Below, one piece after another: positions 45,846 through 55,056 of a DNA stretch of 64,000 bases (the first letter of the stretch is position 1; every line of letters begins with the position of its first letter). The translations under genes and the position numbers were made by a program. Source of the stretch: an uncultured Candidatus Sumerlaeota bacterium (GTDB lineage Bacteria > Sumerlaeota > Sumerlaeia > MVZB01 > JAJFLK01); NCBI GenBank assembly GCA_964598765.1, contig CAZRCZ010000016.1, positions 50,595-114,594 on the forward strand, in the 5' to 3' direction. The notes under the pieces were generated by a model. That model was not told where the DNA came from and did not search any database. It saw only the letters and a list, made by a program, of their open reading frames with translations.

Positions 45846-46772
45846 ATGATCCGAACTTATAACCTCACCAAACGCTTCGGCAGTCTGACGGCGGTGGACA
45901 ACCTGAACCTCGAAATCGGGACGGGCGACATCTTCGGCTTCATCGGTCCCAACGGCGCGGGCAAGACGACGACGATCAAGATGCTCGCCACGCTCACCCG
46001 GCCGACCGACGGCTACGCCGACATCTGCGGCTACAACATCGTCAGGGAACTGGACGACGTGAAGCGGGTGATCGGCTACATGCCCGATTTCTTCGGCGTC
46101 TATGACGACATGAAGGTCTGGGAGTATCTCGATTTCTTCGCCATGGCCTACAAGATTCATCCCTCCCAGCGCGTCAAGATCATTGACGACGTTCTGCAAC
46201 TGACCGATCTGATGGTAAAGAAGGAGGACTACGTGGAGTCGCTTTCGCGCGGAATGAAGCAACGGCTTTGCCTCGCCAAGACGCTCGTCCACGATCCCAA
46301 GGTTTTGCTCTTGGACGAGCCGGCCAGCGGGCTGGACCCGCGCGCGCGGATCGAACTGCGCGAGTTGCTCAAGGAGCTTCGCAAGATGGGCAAAACGATT
46401 TTGATTTCGTCGCACATCCTCACCGAGTTGGCGGACTTCTGCAACACGATTGGAATCATCGAGCAGGGAAAACTGCTTGTGGCCGGTCCCGTCGCCGAAA
46501 TCACGCAACAACTCCAAGGGGCGCGGGTGGTCGAGGTGCAGATCAAATCGGACGTGAATCAGGCGACGGACTTTCTGAGCGCGCTTCCCGGCGTCCAGAA
46601 GGTCGAGGGCGACGGCGAAATCTTGCGCGTTTCCGTCGCGATCGAGCTGGAGGACGTCAGTTCGCTCATGGAGGAATTGGTCAAACGCGGCGTCAAGGTC
46701 GCGTCGTTCCGCGAGGTCGAGGTGAACCTTGAGGATATCTTCATGAAGATCACCAAAGGGGCAGTGCAATGA
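45846..46772 (+). CDS. ABC transporter ATP-binding protein (ABC-2 type)
   Basis: Walker A GPNGAGKTT, ABC signature LSRGMKQRL, Walker B LLLDEPASGLD. Confidence 0.85.
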   Translation: MIRTYNLTKRFGSLTAVDNLNLEIGTGDIFGFIGPNGAGKTTTIKMLATLTRPTDGYADICGYNIVRELDDVKRVIGYMPDFFGVYDDMKVWEYLDFFAMAYKIHPSQRVKIIDDVLQLTDLMVKKEDYVESLSRGMKQRLCLAKTLVHDPKVLLLDEPASGLDPRARIELRELLKELRKMGKTILISSHILTELADFCNTIGIIEQGKLLVAGPVAEITQQLQGARVVEVQIKSDVNQATDFLSALPGVQKVEGDGEILRVSVAIELEDVSSLMEELVKRGVKVASFREVEVNLEDIFMKITKGAVQ

Positions 46773-46823
46773 GATCGCTCTGGCGGCGCAAGGAAGATTG
46801 TGATCTTCTGCAGAGTTTGTTTA

Positions 46824-46985
46824 CCACCAAGTCACCAAGACACCAAGGATTCCATGGATATTTTTGAGAGGGCTTCGAGTCACATTGGTTTCGATCTGGA
46901 ATTTCGCGACCGCAGAGTTGAATTAGAACAATCAGAATTGAACATTTCTCTATTGCAAATCTTGGTGTCTTGGTGCCTTGGTGGT
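46824..46985. mobile_element. inverted-repeat-flanked AT-rich insert (MITE-like) between ABC ATPase and permease genes
   Basis: ccaccaagtcaccaagacaccaagg (46824-46848) and cttggtgtcttggtgccttggtggt (46961-46985) are 24/25 inverted repeats. They flank a 112-bp ~40% GC core containing a TCCATGGA palindrome. Confidence 0.45.
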
Positions 46986-46989
46986 GAAT

Positions 46990-48621
46990 ATGTCGCCTGA
47001 AGGACCCGTTGGCCTATACGCTCGCGCTCGATCCTCCATCTGGCTGTCGTGGTTGTTGGATAATCCCCTGCTCGTGCGGGAGATTCGGCGGCGGATGCGG
47101 GGAAAACTTTTTTCGTGGTCGCTGATCGCCTACCTCGCCGCGCTCGGCGGAGTCAGTTGCGTCATCATGTTTCTGCAATATCCGATGCGGTTTCAGAACC
47201 TCTCGTGGCGCGATCAAATCCAACAAGTCGGCAAGATCGGCGGCTCGATTTTTCAGGGGATGTGCATCGTCGAGGGATTCATCGCGCTTTTCATTGCGCC
47301 GATGCTGACCGCCGGATTGGCGACGGCGGAAAAGGAAAAGGACACGTTCGATTTCCTCCGCGTGACGACGCTTCACGCGCGGACGTTCGTCACGGGTTGC
47401 CTGCTCACGACCGCCTGTTTTCTTCTTCTCATCTTCGCATGCACGCTACCGATTTTGGGGCTGACGTTCATCTTCGGCGGCGTCTCGTTGCGCGACATCT
47501 TGGGATTCAACGGCCTCCTTTTCATGGCGGCGATGGCGGTTTCGGCATGGGGAATTTTCAACTCGACCAACTACAAACGCTCCCGCTCGGTTCACGGCTC
47601 GCTGATCGGCGTGCTGTTTCTGATTTACTTCTTCACCACCTCGGTCGTCGGATCGTTTTATCGCCGGATCATTCCCTCGCTGTCGCTCGCGGTCGGGGGA
47701 ACGTGGTTGCAGGGTTTGATCATCGCCAGCCCGTTCGCGGCGGCCATCGCGGTTTTTTCCATCGCCGCCTCGCGCCGGCTCTACGAGCCGAACAACCGGC
47801 TGTTCAATTACGCGCAATACACCATTTTTTACGCCCTTGCTCTGGCCGTCGTCGCCGGGACGCTCGCGTTTCGCATGTCGGCGTTCAACGTCATTTTGAT
47901 CACGCCTCCGCAAATCGTCGCCATGCTGGACATCTTCTTTTTCTTGGGATTGATTCTGAACGTGGCGGGAATCTTGATCTTTTCGGCGGGACGGATCGAG
48001 CGCGGCGATGAAGTCTGGCGAATCCGCCAACAATTTCCCATTTTTCGCCGCGTCCATGAAAACTATTTGATCCATGCCCTTTATATCGCGTCATGGCTTT
48101 TCCTCGGCTACGGCATGGGAGCGGCGTGGGAGGGGACGAGCAAATTCCTTCCGCACTTTTGGAGCGGGCTTCCGGTCGTTCTCGCGGGATTGTTCTTGAT
48201 GATCGCGCTGACGCGGATCGTGAATCTTTTTGTCGAGCAACGCAACCCCGCGACCATCGGTTTGTTTCTGACCCTTCTCCTGCTGTGGGGCGGCGCGCCG
48301 ATTTTGGGTTACACGTTGGAGGCGGTCGCGTCTCCCGGTCGGGATTATCCCGTTCCCGGTTTGAGCGACCTTGCGGACATTCTCATGGACGCCTCGCCGG
48401 TTCCGGTTCTCTATCACATCTGGAGTGACGATCCGAATCTCGACCTCATTAGCCCGCCTTGTATTTTAGGGGGATTGGCAATTTTGCTTCTCATCCCGAC
48501 GCTTCTTCCTTGGTGGCGGAGACGCATGGCGATTTCCTATGAGTGGTCGCTCGTCGCGGATCAGCCGCGCCCCGATCCGATGGAGGCGATTCGCCGGTTC
48601 CGCGAACAAAACAATAAATGA
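46990..48621 (+). CDS. ABC-2 type transporter permease
   Basis: About 12 predicted TM helices immediately downstream of the ABC ATPase. Start uncertain (ATG 46990, or GTG/TTG at 46978-46984). Confidence 0.65.
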   Translation: MSPEGPVGLYARARSSIWLSWLLDNPLLVREIRRRMRGKLFSWSLIAYLAALGGVSCVIMFLQYPMRFQNLSWRDQIQQVGKIGGSIFQGMCIVEGFIALFIAPMLTAGLATAEKEKDTFDFLRVTTLHARTFVTGCLLTTACFLLLIFACTLPILGLTFIFGGVSLRDILGFNGLLFMAAMAVSAWGIFNSTNYKRSRSVHGSLIGVLFLIYFFTTSVVGSFYRRIIPSLSLAVGGTWLQGLIIASPFAAAIAVFSIAASRRLYEPNNRLFNYAQYTIFYALALAVVAGTLAFRMSAFNVILITPPQIVAMLDIFFFLGLILNVAGILIFSAGRIERGDEVWRIRQQFPIFRRVHENYLIHALYIASWLFLGYGMGAAWEGTSKFLPHFWSGLPVVLAGLFLMIALTRIVNLFVEQRNPATIGLFLTLLLLWGGAPILGYTLEAVASPGRDYPVPGLSDLADILMDASPVPVLYHIWSDDPNLDLISPPCILGGLAILLLIPTLLPWWRRRMAISYEWSLVADQPRPDPMEAIRRFREQNNK

Positions 48622-51194
48622 GCGAACAGAACGACGATCCGGCGGACGAAGTTTTTCAGGATTTCGTTGTTCCCGACACGGGCGCTCCGCTGGAACGCGA
48701 GCGACCTTGGATGATCCGTCCAATGGTTTTCGTCGCGCTGGCCCACGTCGCGGGATTGGTCGTGGGACGGCAAATTTTTGTTCCGTGGTGGAGTTTGATT
48801 CTTCCAGCGGGATTGATCGCGCTCGCGGTCGTCGGCGCGTTGATTTGGAATCGGCGCCAGCATCACTCCGCCTCGAACGCCGCTTATCTGATTTTTCTCG
48901 TCCTTGCGCTTTTGGGTTGGGCGAGTTCGAACCGCGTCCTCCGCGCCGATTCCTCGGCCGAAGCTGTCGCCCGGCAAATGGAGAAATTCGCGCTGGTCCG
49001 GGTCGAGGGACGGATCGCCGAATGGCCCGACCGCCGGGTCAACGGCTTCACTCTGCTTTTAGATCACGCCTTTCTTTCAGCCGCTCCTTTGGAAGGCGAT
49101 GGAGTCCGGTTCCCGCTCAAAGTCTCGGTCATGGTTTATTCCAGTCATTCTGAAAAGGGAAATTCCGCCTCTGCGAATCCTCCCGTTCAAGGATCGCGGG
49201 TCGTGGCATGGGGACGAATCCTTCGACCGCAACACGCGACTTCGCCCGAAGATTTCGATCAGGCGGATTATCTGAGCGGGCGCGGCGTTGGGGCGATGCT
49301 CAAACTTGCCGGGCCGAATGATCTGGAAATTTCGGAAGGACAAAGAGGCTGGCGAAACCTCTTTTACAGTGCTGTGGATCGCGTCCATTCGTGGATGCGC
49401 GCCAATCTCAACGCCGCTCTATCCAAGCCGCAAGCCGACGTGGCGCGCGCGCTTTTTCTCGCCGAGCGCGACGGAATTTCCAAATCAACCAACAACGATT
49501 TTGTTCGGACCGGACTGGCGCATCTCCTGTGCGTGTCGGGACTTCACACCGGATTCATTTTGTTGATGGTTTTGGTTTCGGCTCGGTTGATGGGTCTGCC
49601 TCCCCGATGGTGCGCTCTAGCCGGAATCCCCGCGTTGGCGGCTTACGCGGCTCTGACCGGATTTCATCCCGCCGTTCTGCGCGCCTCGATCATGGGGGCA
49701 TTTCTCATGGGGGCATGGGGATTGGGGCGAACCACTTCGATACCTTCGGCGCTGGCAACTTCGGCATTTTTTACACTGGTCCTCGATCCGCGCAATTTGA
49801 TTCGATCGGATTGGTTGCTGAGCTACCTTTGCGTCGGCTCCGTTACGCTCTTTGTCTCGCCAATCTATGAAATTCTCATTCCTTCCGGCCGGACTCCGAA
49901 AGATCCGGGACTCGATGACCCAACTCCACCTTGGATGAAAAAATTCTTCCTTCAATACATTTGGCTGGCTTTTGCCACCGTCACCGCTGTTCAAATCGGT
50001 CTTCTTCCGATCACGGCGGCCATTTTTCACCAAGTCAGCCTAATTGGTTTTTTGATACAGCCCATCGCTATCTTTCTCGGAATGTTGATCGTCATGGGAT
50101 CGGTGTTGATCGCATTGCTCGGTTGGATTGCTCCGGTGGCGTGGATTTTGGGACACGCCTTGAATCCAGTCATCGTTCTCTTCAATCAGTTCGTCGCGTA
50201 TTTCAGTTCCCTTCCTTGGGCGTCGTTTCGCGTTCATCCCCTCCCGATTTGGCTGATCGCGCTTTATTATCCCGTTATGCTTTGGGGGCCGCATTTGCTT
50301 CGCGGACGCGGCGCGTTTTTCCGATCCAGCCGGCGCCAAAAAGTTCACGCCGTTGCGCGCGTCGGACTTTTTATCGCCGTCATCGTTTGGCTTCCGGTTC
50401 TCGGCGGTTCGGCCCCGACGGGAGCATTGGAGTTCTATATGCTGGACGTCGGACAGGGAGATTGTCTGGTTCTAAAATTTCCTGATGGAAAAATTGGCGT
50501 CGTGGATGGCGGCAAACACAACAAGGGGGACCGCGTGGTTTCGTTTCTTCGCTGGCTCGCAACGGATCACGTTGACTTCGCTGTTTCGACGCACGCCGAC
50601 GCCGATCACATCGGCGGGTTGATCGCGGTGTTGGAAAATTTCAGAGTGAATCTTTTCATCGAAGGCCCCGACACCGCCGAGACGGACGATTTCCGCGAGC
50701 TTCAGCAACTCCTCGTGGAGAAAAAAGTGAAGGTTCATCACACGCGCGTCGGCGAGCGAATCGGCGGATTGAAGGGAACGCGGATTGACGTGCTCAATCC
50801 TTCCGACGGCGAAGACAACAACGACGCTTCGGTCACGCTTCTGATGGATTATGGAAAGATCGAATTTCTTCTGACCGGCGACATCGAGGCTCCGGCGGAA
50901 AGGGAAATTCTTCGACGCGGACTCGCCCGCGACATTGACGTTCTCAAGGTCGCGCATCACGGAAGCGCGACGTCCAGCGGCGAGGAATTTCTGGACGCCT
51001 TCACTCCGGAGATCGCGCTCATCAGCGTCGGCGCGGGGAATCCGTATGGGCATCCCTCGCCGAAAGTTCTTCAACGGTTCCAAGCTCGCAAGATCGCCGT
51101 CGAACGAACTGACCAAATCGGAACTCTGCGCCTGACGACCGACGGGGAACACATTCAGCTCGATCACTTTTCGGAAGGGAATTCGCCGAAATAA
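48618..51194 (+). CDS. comEC: DNA internalization competence protein ComEC/Rec2
   Basis: Polytopic competence domain (LLCVSGLHTGFILL). C-terminal metallo-beta-lactamase domain (YMLDVGQGDC; HADADHIGG; VAHHGS). Confidence 0.85.
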   Translation: MSEQNDDPADEVFQDFVVPDTGAPLERERPWMIRPMVFVALAHVAGLVVGRQIFVPWWSLILPAGLIALAVVGALIWNRRQHHSASNAAYLIFLVLALLGWASSNRVLRADSSAEAVARQMEKFALVRVEGRIAEWPDRRVNGFTLLLDHAFLSAAPLEGDGVRFPLKVSVMVYSSHSEKGNSASANPPVQGSRVVAWGRILRPQHATSPEDFDQADYLSGRGVGAMLKLAGPNDLEISEGQRGWRNLFYSAVDRVHSWMRANLNAALSKPQADVARALFLAERDGISKSTNNDFVRTGLAHLLCVSGLHTGFILLMVLVSARLMGLPPRWCALAGIPALAAYAALTGFHPAVLRASIMGAFLMGAWGLGRTTSIPSALATSAFFTLVLDPRNLIRSDWLLSYLCVGSVTLFVSPIYEILIPSGRTPKDPGLDDPTPPWMKKFFLQYIWLAFATVTAVQIGLLPITAAIFHQVSLIGFLIQPIAIFLGMLIVMGSVLIALLGWIAPVAWILGHALNPVIVLFNQFVAYFSSLPWASFRVHPLPIWLIALYYPVMLWGPHLLRGRGAFFRSSRRQKVHAVARVGLFIAVIVWLPVLGGSAPTGALEFYMLDVGQGDCLVLKFPDGKIGVVDGGKHNKGDRVVSFLRWLATDHVDFAVSTHADADHIGGLIAVLENFRVNLFIEGPDTAETDDFRELQQLLVEKKVKVHHTRVGERIGGLKGTRIDVLNPSDGEDNNDASVTLLMDYGKIEFLLTGDIEAPAEREILRRGLARDIDVLKVAHHGSATSSGEEFLDAFTPEIALISVGAGNPYGHPSPKVLQRFQARKIAVERTDQIGTLRLTTDGEHIQLDHFSEGNSPK

Positions 51195-51313
51195 TCGGAC
51201 GCGGACGAATACGGACACACACGGAGAAAATTCCAAGAAAAAAGTTTTTGTCTTCTTTGCGTTCTTTTGCGGCAGATCGCTCTTTCTGGTCCGTGTCCGT
51301 CCGTGTCCAAAAT

Positions 51314-52309
51314 CTACATTTTTTCCCGATAAGCCCAAAGGATCGTCCTCACCACCTCCAGCGCCTCTTGCGGCTTGACGAGCGGCTCGCGGCCTGTTCG
51401 GTAAGCGTCCAAAATGTCGAGGTATTGACGCTGAAATTGAACCAGTTTGGAGTTGAGATCCGCGGGATGGGGGGCGTCAAACGTTGCGTCCGGTTTGGGA
51501 GCGTCGTTCTTATGTTTCCAATAGACGATTTGCCCCTGCTCCAAAACGCAACTTCCGAGTGTTCCGTGGATTTCCATTCGCTCGGGAAAACCGGGATAGG
51601 CGCTGGTCGAGGCCGAAATCGTCGCGATCGCGCCTGATTCGGTTTTCAAGAGAACAGCGGCAACGTCCTCGGTCTCGATGATGTCGCGCGAGGTGCGGGT
51701 TAACGATTTGACGGCTTTCGGCCCGCCAAAATACCAAAGCAGAAGGTCGGTGTAATGAATCCCCTGATTCATCAGCACGCCGCCCCCTTCGCCGGATAAT
51801 CGCCCGCGCCAATCGCTTTTGGCATAGTAGGCGTCGTCGCGATGCCACTTGATCGAGACGTTCACCAAAAGCGGATCCCCGAGCAATTTCTCGTCGAGCG
51901 CCTTCTTCAAAGCAATGGCTCCCTCGTAAAAGCGATTTTGCGAAATGATCGTCAGCAAAACCTTGTTCTTCTCGCAAGCGGCGATCAGGGCTTGTCCCTT
52001 TTCGATGGATATATCAATCGGTTTTTCGCAGATGACGCTCATTCCCGCTTCGGCGGCGCGGATTCCGTAATCGGCGTGCATCGAACTGGGCAGACAAATA
52101 ACGACGCCATTGACGTCCTTGCGTTTCAAAACCTCCGCGTAATCGAAAACCGCCTCGACGCCGAGCTTTTTGCCGAGCGCGCTCGCGCTTTCCTTCACCG
52201 CGTCGCAAACGCAGACGCACTTGTAGCCTTCGGTTAGTTGGATCGTCTCGGCGTGACGCGCGCCCATCAGTCCGCAACCGATGACGGCGCAGTGGAGTTC
52301 TTTGCTCAT
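51314..52309 (-). CDS. Gfo/Idh/MocA-family NAD(P)-dependent oxidoreductase
   Basis: N-terminal Rossmann AVIGCGLMGARHA, EKP motif (VICEKPI), and ~330-aa length. ATG at 52309 lies immediately after the upstream gene. Confidence 0.8.
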   Translation of the reverse strand: MSKELHCAVIGCGLMGARHAETIQLTEGYKCVCVCDAVKESASALGKKLGVEAVFDYAEVLKRKDVNGVVICLPSSMHADYGIRAAEAGMSVICEKPIDISIEKGQALIAACEKNKVLLTIISQNRFYEGAIALKKALDEKLLGDPLLVNVSIKWHRDDAYYAKSDWRGRLSGEGGGVLMNQGIHYTDLLLWYFGGPKAVKSLTRTSRDIIETEDVAAVLLKTESGAIATISASTSAYPGFPERMEIHGTLGSCVLEQGQIVYWKHKNDAPKPDATFDAPHPADLNSKLVQFQRQYLDILDAYRTGREPLVKPQEALEVVRTILWAYREKM

Positions 52310-52311
52310 GT

Positions 52312-52611
52312 TCAATGCCCTCCTCCGCTTTCGAGCGCTTTTTTGTGGCGATGAATCAGAATCAGATTGCGCGTGTAGGGGATCAGGTTGGGTAGATAAC
52401 CGAGCGTCCCGACGGGATTTCGGATGCCGATGAAATAGACGAGAAGAATCGAGGAGCCGAGAATGCTCAACCACCAAAACGATATCGGCACGACGCTCCT
52501 TTTTGCCCGCTCGCTGGCGATCCATTGCACGAAAAATCGCGACGTGAAGGAGATGGTTCCCAAAAACCCGAACGCATCCCACCAGCCGACGTCAAATCCC
52601 AAAATTCTCAT
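52312..52611 (-). CDS. lipid-A-disaccharide synthase N-terminal domain (LAB_N) family small membrane protein
   Basis: FDVGWWDAFGFLGTISFTSRFFVQWIASERAKRSVVP matches the LAB_N family. Strong AGGAGG RBS upstream. Confidence 0.65.
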   Translation of the reverse strand: MRILGFDVGWWDAFGFLGTISFTSRFFVQWIASERAKRSVVPISFWWLSILGSSILLVYFIGIRNPVGTLGYLPNLIPYTRNLILIHRHKKALESGGGH

Positions 52612-52667
52612 CTTACTCCTCCTTCTAAAATCAACAGGGTCTCCCCATGTCCATGCCTTCCCTTCTC

Positions 52668-52806
52668 ATTAACCCCGCGATTGATCGCGGGGTTGCGGAG
52701 GCGCGCTCTTGTTGGAACCGTTTTAACGGTTTTTAATGGGAAAAACCGTTGAAAACGGTTGGGGAAAACCGTCCGTTCGTCGTTCCCCGCGATGAATCGC
52801 GGGGCC
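52668..52806 (-). promoter_or_regulatory. structured intergenic region with duplicated GC-rich palindromes
   Basis: Two copies of CCCCGCGAT(TG/GA)ATCGCGGGG (52668-52687; 52787-52806) flank CCGTT-based palindromes (ccgttttaacgg; aaccgttgaaaacggtt). The region lies in the 254-bp gap between the GT2 and LAB_N genes. Confidence 0.4.
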
Positions 52807-52865
52807 AATGAAAATATGCCGAGCGGTGAGATCGTATCGCTCCTAAAACGTCGCTCAATTCTTTT

Positions 52866-53570
52866 TCAACGATTCGGCGGTATGAATCGCTTGCGGAACC
52901 ACCGCATTCCGAAAATGTCGCTGATCCCCACCCACAGCCGATTCATCGTGCCGTATTTGGAAACGCCCTTGTGCCGCGGGCGATCATTGATCCGGACTTC
53001 CTTGACCTTGAATCCCTGCCATCGCCAGATCGTCGGGAGAAACCGGTGCATTCCCTTGAAGGGCACGACGCAACGGGTTGTTTTCCGGCGAAGCGCGCGG
53101 AAGGTGCATCCGGCGTCGTGAACGTCGTCATTCAGCATGAAACCGCGGAAACGATTGGCGATGCGCGAGGAGATTCGTTTGACCCATGTGTCCTGCCGTT
53201 TGCCGCGCACGCCGGCGACGGCGTCGCAGTCCTCCAATTCGCGCAGGAGCATCGGAATATCGGCCGGATCGTTTTGAAGGTCGGCGTCAATCGTGACGAT
53301 GATCTCGCCCCGGGCGTTCTCGAATCCGGTTAATTCTCCCGCGCTTTCGCCGCAATTGAAACGATGCTCGGCCATCCGCAGTTCAGGATACTTCGTCATC
53401 GCCTCCTTGAGGCGCTGAACCGTGCCGTCCGTGCTGGCGTCATTGACGTAGATGATCTCATACGGCTTGCCGATTTGCTTCATCACCGGATCAAGCTCGG
53501 CCAATAAGGGGAAGACGTTGTCCTCCTCGTTGTAACAGGGAATCACGACGCTGATTTCAGGATTCGTCAT
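52866..53570 (-). CDS. family 2 glycosyltransferase (polyprenyl-phosphate sugar transferase, ArnC/GtrB-like)
   Basis: ISVVIPCYNEE, YVNDASTDGT and TIDADLQNDP (DxD) blocks of GT2 polyisoprenyl-phosphate glycosyltransferases. Confidence 0.8.
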   Translation of the reverse strand: MTNPEISVVIPCYNEEDNVFPLLAELDPVMKQIGKPYEIIYVNDASTDGTVQRLKEAMTKYPELRMAEHRFNCGESAGELTGFENARGEIIVTIDADLQNDPADIPMLLRELEDCDAVAGVRGKRQDTWVKRISSRIANRFRGFMLNDDVHDAGCTFRALRRKTTRCVVPFKGMHRFLPTIWRWQGFKVKEVRINDRPRHKGVSKYGTMNRLWVGISDIFGMRWFRKRFIPPNR

Positions 53571-55056
53571 CCTCTTCCCTTTCTTCCTTAAACTTTGATG
53601 ACACTCGAAAGACGCGCTGGAGCCGGGGATAATCGGCGAAGAGTTTATTCCAATGCTCGGCGCGATAATACGGTTGCCGATAGATTTCCCCCGTATTGAA
53701 TTGCGTCGCCCAAATGTTGAAACCCGAATAGAAGACCATCAAGACATACCACCACAGCGCAAGCCCCGCCGGAAAAAGGTAGCGAACCGCCCGCCGGTAG
53801 GAAAGCAGAATTAGAACGACGCCGAGGATTATCGGAATTATCGGAACAAGGATCGCAAGAACCGGACGCTCGACCACAACCTCAAAATACCCAAAAAAGA
53901 GCGCCGAGAAGACCAACGCGGCAACGGACATTGCATAGCCCGCGATTCTCGAACAGAGCAATTCGAGCGCGTTCCAATCTTGAGCCGCAAGCGCTTCGCC
54001 GAAAAGCAAGGCCAGATAAGGAAGAATGACGGTCATATAATTGATCTGTTTTTGCGGAATCAGCGAGAAAACGAGAACGATGGATCCCAACGAGGCAACC
54101 GCCCACCGCAGGGTTGGTTTCTCCCGATACAGCCGGCCCCGCGCGGCCCGAATGACGAGCAAGGGAAGAAAGATGATCGTCGGCAAGGCGATTTTGAAAA
54201 GATTCAAGAAGTAGAAGAAGAAATTCCTGTAGTGCAACGCCGTATGATGCTCCTCATCGGCAACGCCGAAGGGAAGCAGGGCTTCGTCGTGAAAAGATTG
54301 TCTTGCCTCCGAACTGAAGGAGAGCATGAGAATCTCCCATGAAAATCCCAGAAGCACGGGAATCAAGAATGCGTAAATCGAGAAGGACGGCTTTCGGAAC
54401 AAAGCCGTCTTCCCCTGAAACATCAGAAGCAAAAAAGAGGGCAGGGTCACGGCGGCAAACGCGGGCGTCGCTTTGGTCAGGAGCGCGGCGGCAAAAAAGA
54501 ATCCGGACCAAAGGAGCCAATGAAACCTTCCGCTCTTCAAGTAGGCGCGCAGGCTTGAAACCGAAGCGAACGAGACCGTTCCCAAGAGCATGTCGAAATT
54601 GGCGATCCGGGCGTTGGCCGTGAAAAGCATCATGGCTGAAAGCGAAAGCGCCGAAACCGGCGCCGCCTGCTCGAGTCCTGCGGAACGGCAAAACAAATAG
54701 ACGCAAAGCATCATGCCCAATCCGGCCAAAACCGACGGCAACCGATAAGCGACGCGGTCCGGAAGCCGCGTCGCAAGCTGGGCCGCCGCGCCGAGCCAAT
54801 AGTAAAATGGAGGTTTGTTGAACCGCGCCCGTCCATGAAGCCGCGGCGTGAGATAATCGCCGGACTCGATCATCCCGGAGATGACGTTCAGAATGCGGAT
54901 TTCCCGGTTCTCAACCGGCGCGGTTTCACGTTGCCCGATCAATAAAATCATTCCCATGACGGCGAGCGCCAATGAGAGAAAAAGCGCGGGGGAGGAAGAT
55001 GACGGAGAAGGCGATGCTCCGCTTTTATTTTCCGATGAACGATCGGACATGCTCAC
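53557..55056 (-). CDS. ArnT/PMT-family (GT83/GT39-like) GT-C glycosyltransferase
   Basis: FNKPPFYYWL motif and about 12 TM helices characteristic of 4-amino-4-deoxy-L-arabinose transferase/dolichyl-phosphate-mannose transferase-like enzymes. Confidence 0.7.
   Translation of the reverse strand: MSMSDRSSENKSGASPSPSSSSPALFLSLALAVMGMILLIGQRETAPVENREIRILNVISGMIESGDYLTPRLHGRARFNKPPFYYWLGAAAQLATRLPDRVAYRLPSVLAGLGMMLCVYLFCRSAGLEQAAPVSALSLSAMMLFTANARIANFDMLLGTVSFASVSSLRAYLKSGRFHWLLWSGFFFAAALLTKATPAFAAVTLPSFLLLMFQGKTALFRKPSFSIYAFLIPVLLGFSWEILMLSFSSEARQSFHDEALLPFGVADEEHHTALHYRNFFFYFLNLFKIALPTIIFLPLLVIRAARGRLYREKPTLRWAVASLGSIVLVFSLIPQKQINYMTVILPYLALLFGEALAAQDWNALELLCSRIAGYAMSVAALVFSALFFGYFEVVVERPVLAILVPIIPIILGVVLILLSYRRAVRYLFPAGLALWWYVLMVFYSGFNIWATQFNTGEIYRQPYYRAEHWNKLFADYPRLQRVFRVSSKFKEEREEDDES

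Noticed and set aside
45819-46769. 316-aa minus-strand ORF fully overlapping the ABC ATPase gene
   Set aside because: The plus-strand frame carries unmistakable Walker A, signature and Walker B motifs. The antisense ORF has no motifs and is a typical high-GC shadow ORF.
51236-51300. Direct repeat gtccgtgtccgtccgtgtcc between comEC and the oxidoreductase gene
   Set aside because: It is short, sits in a convergent terminator region and has no dyad symmetry, so it is probably insignificant.
50472-51338. 288-aa minus-strand ORF overlapping the 3' end of comEC
   Set aside because: The ComEC metallo-beta-lactamase motifs occupy the plus strand here. The antisense ORF lacks features.
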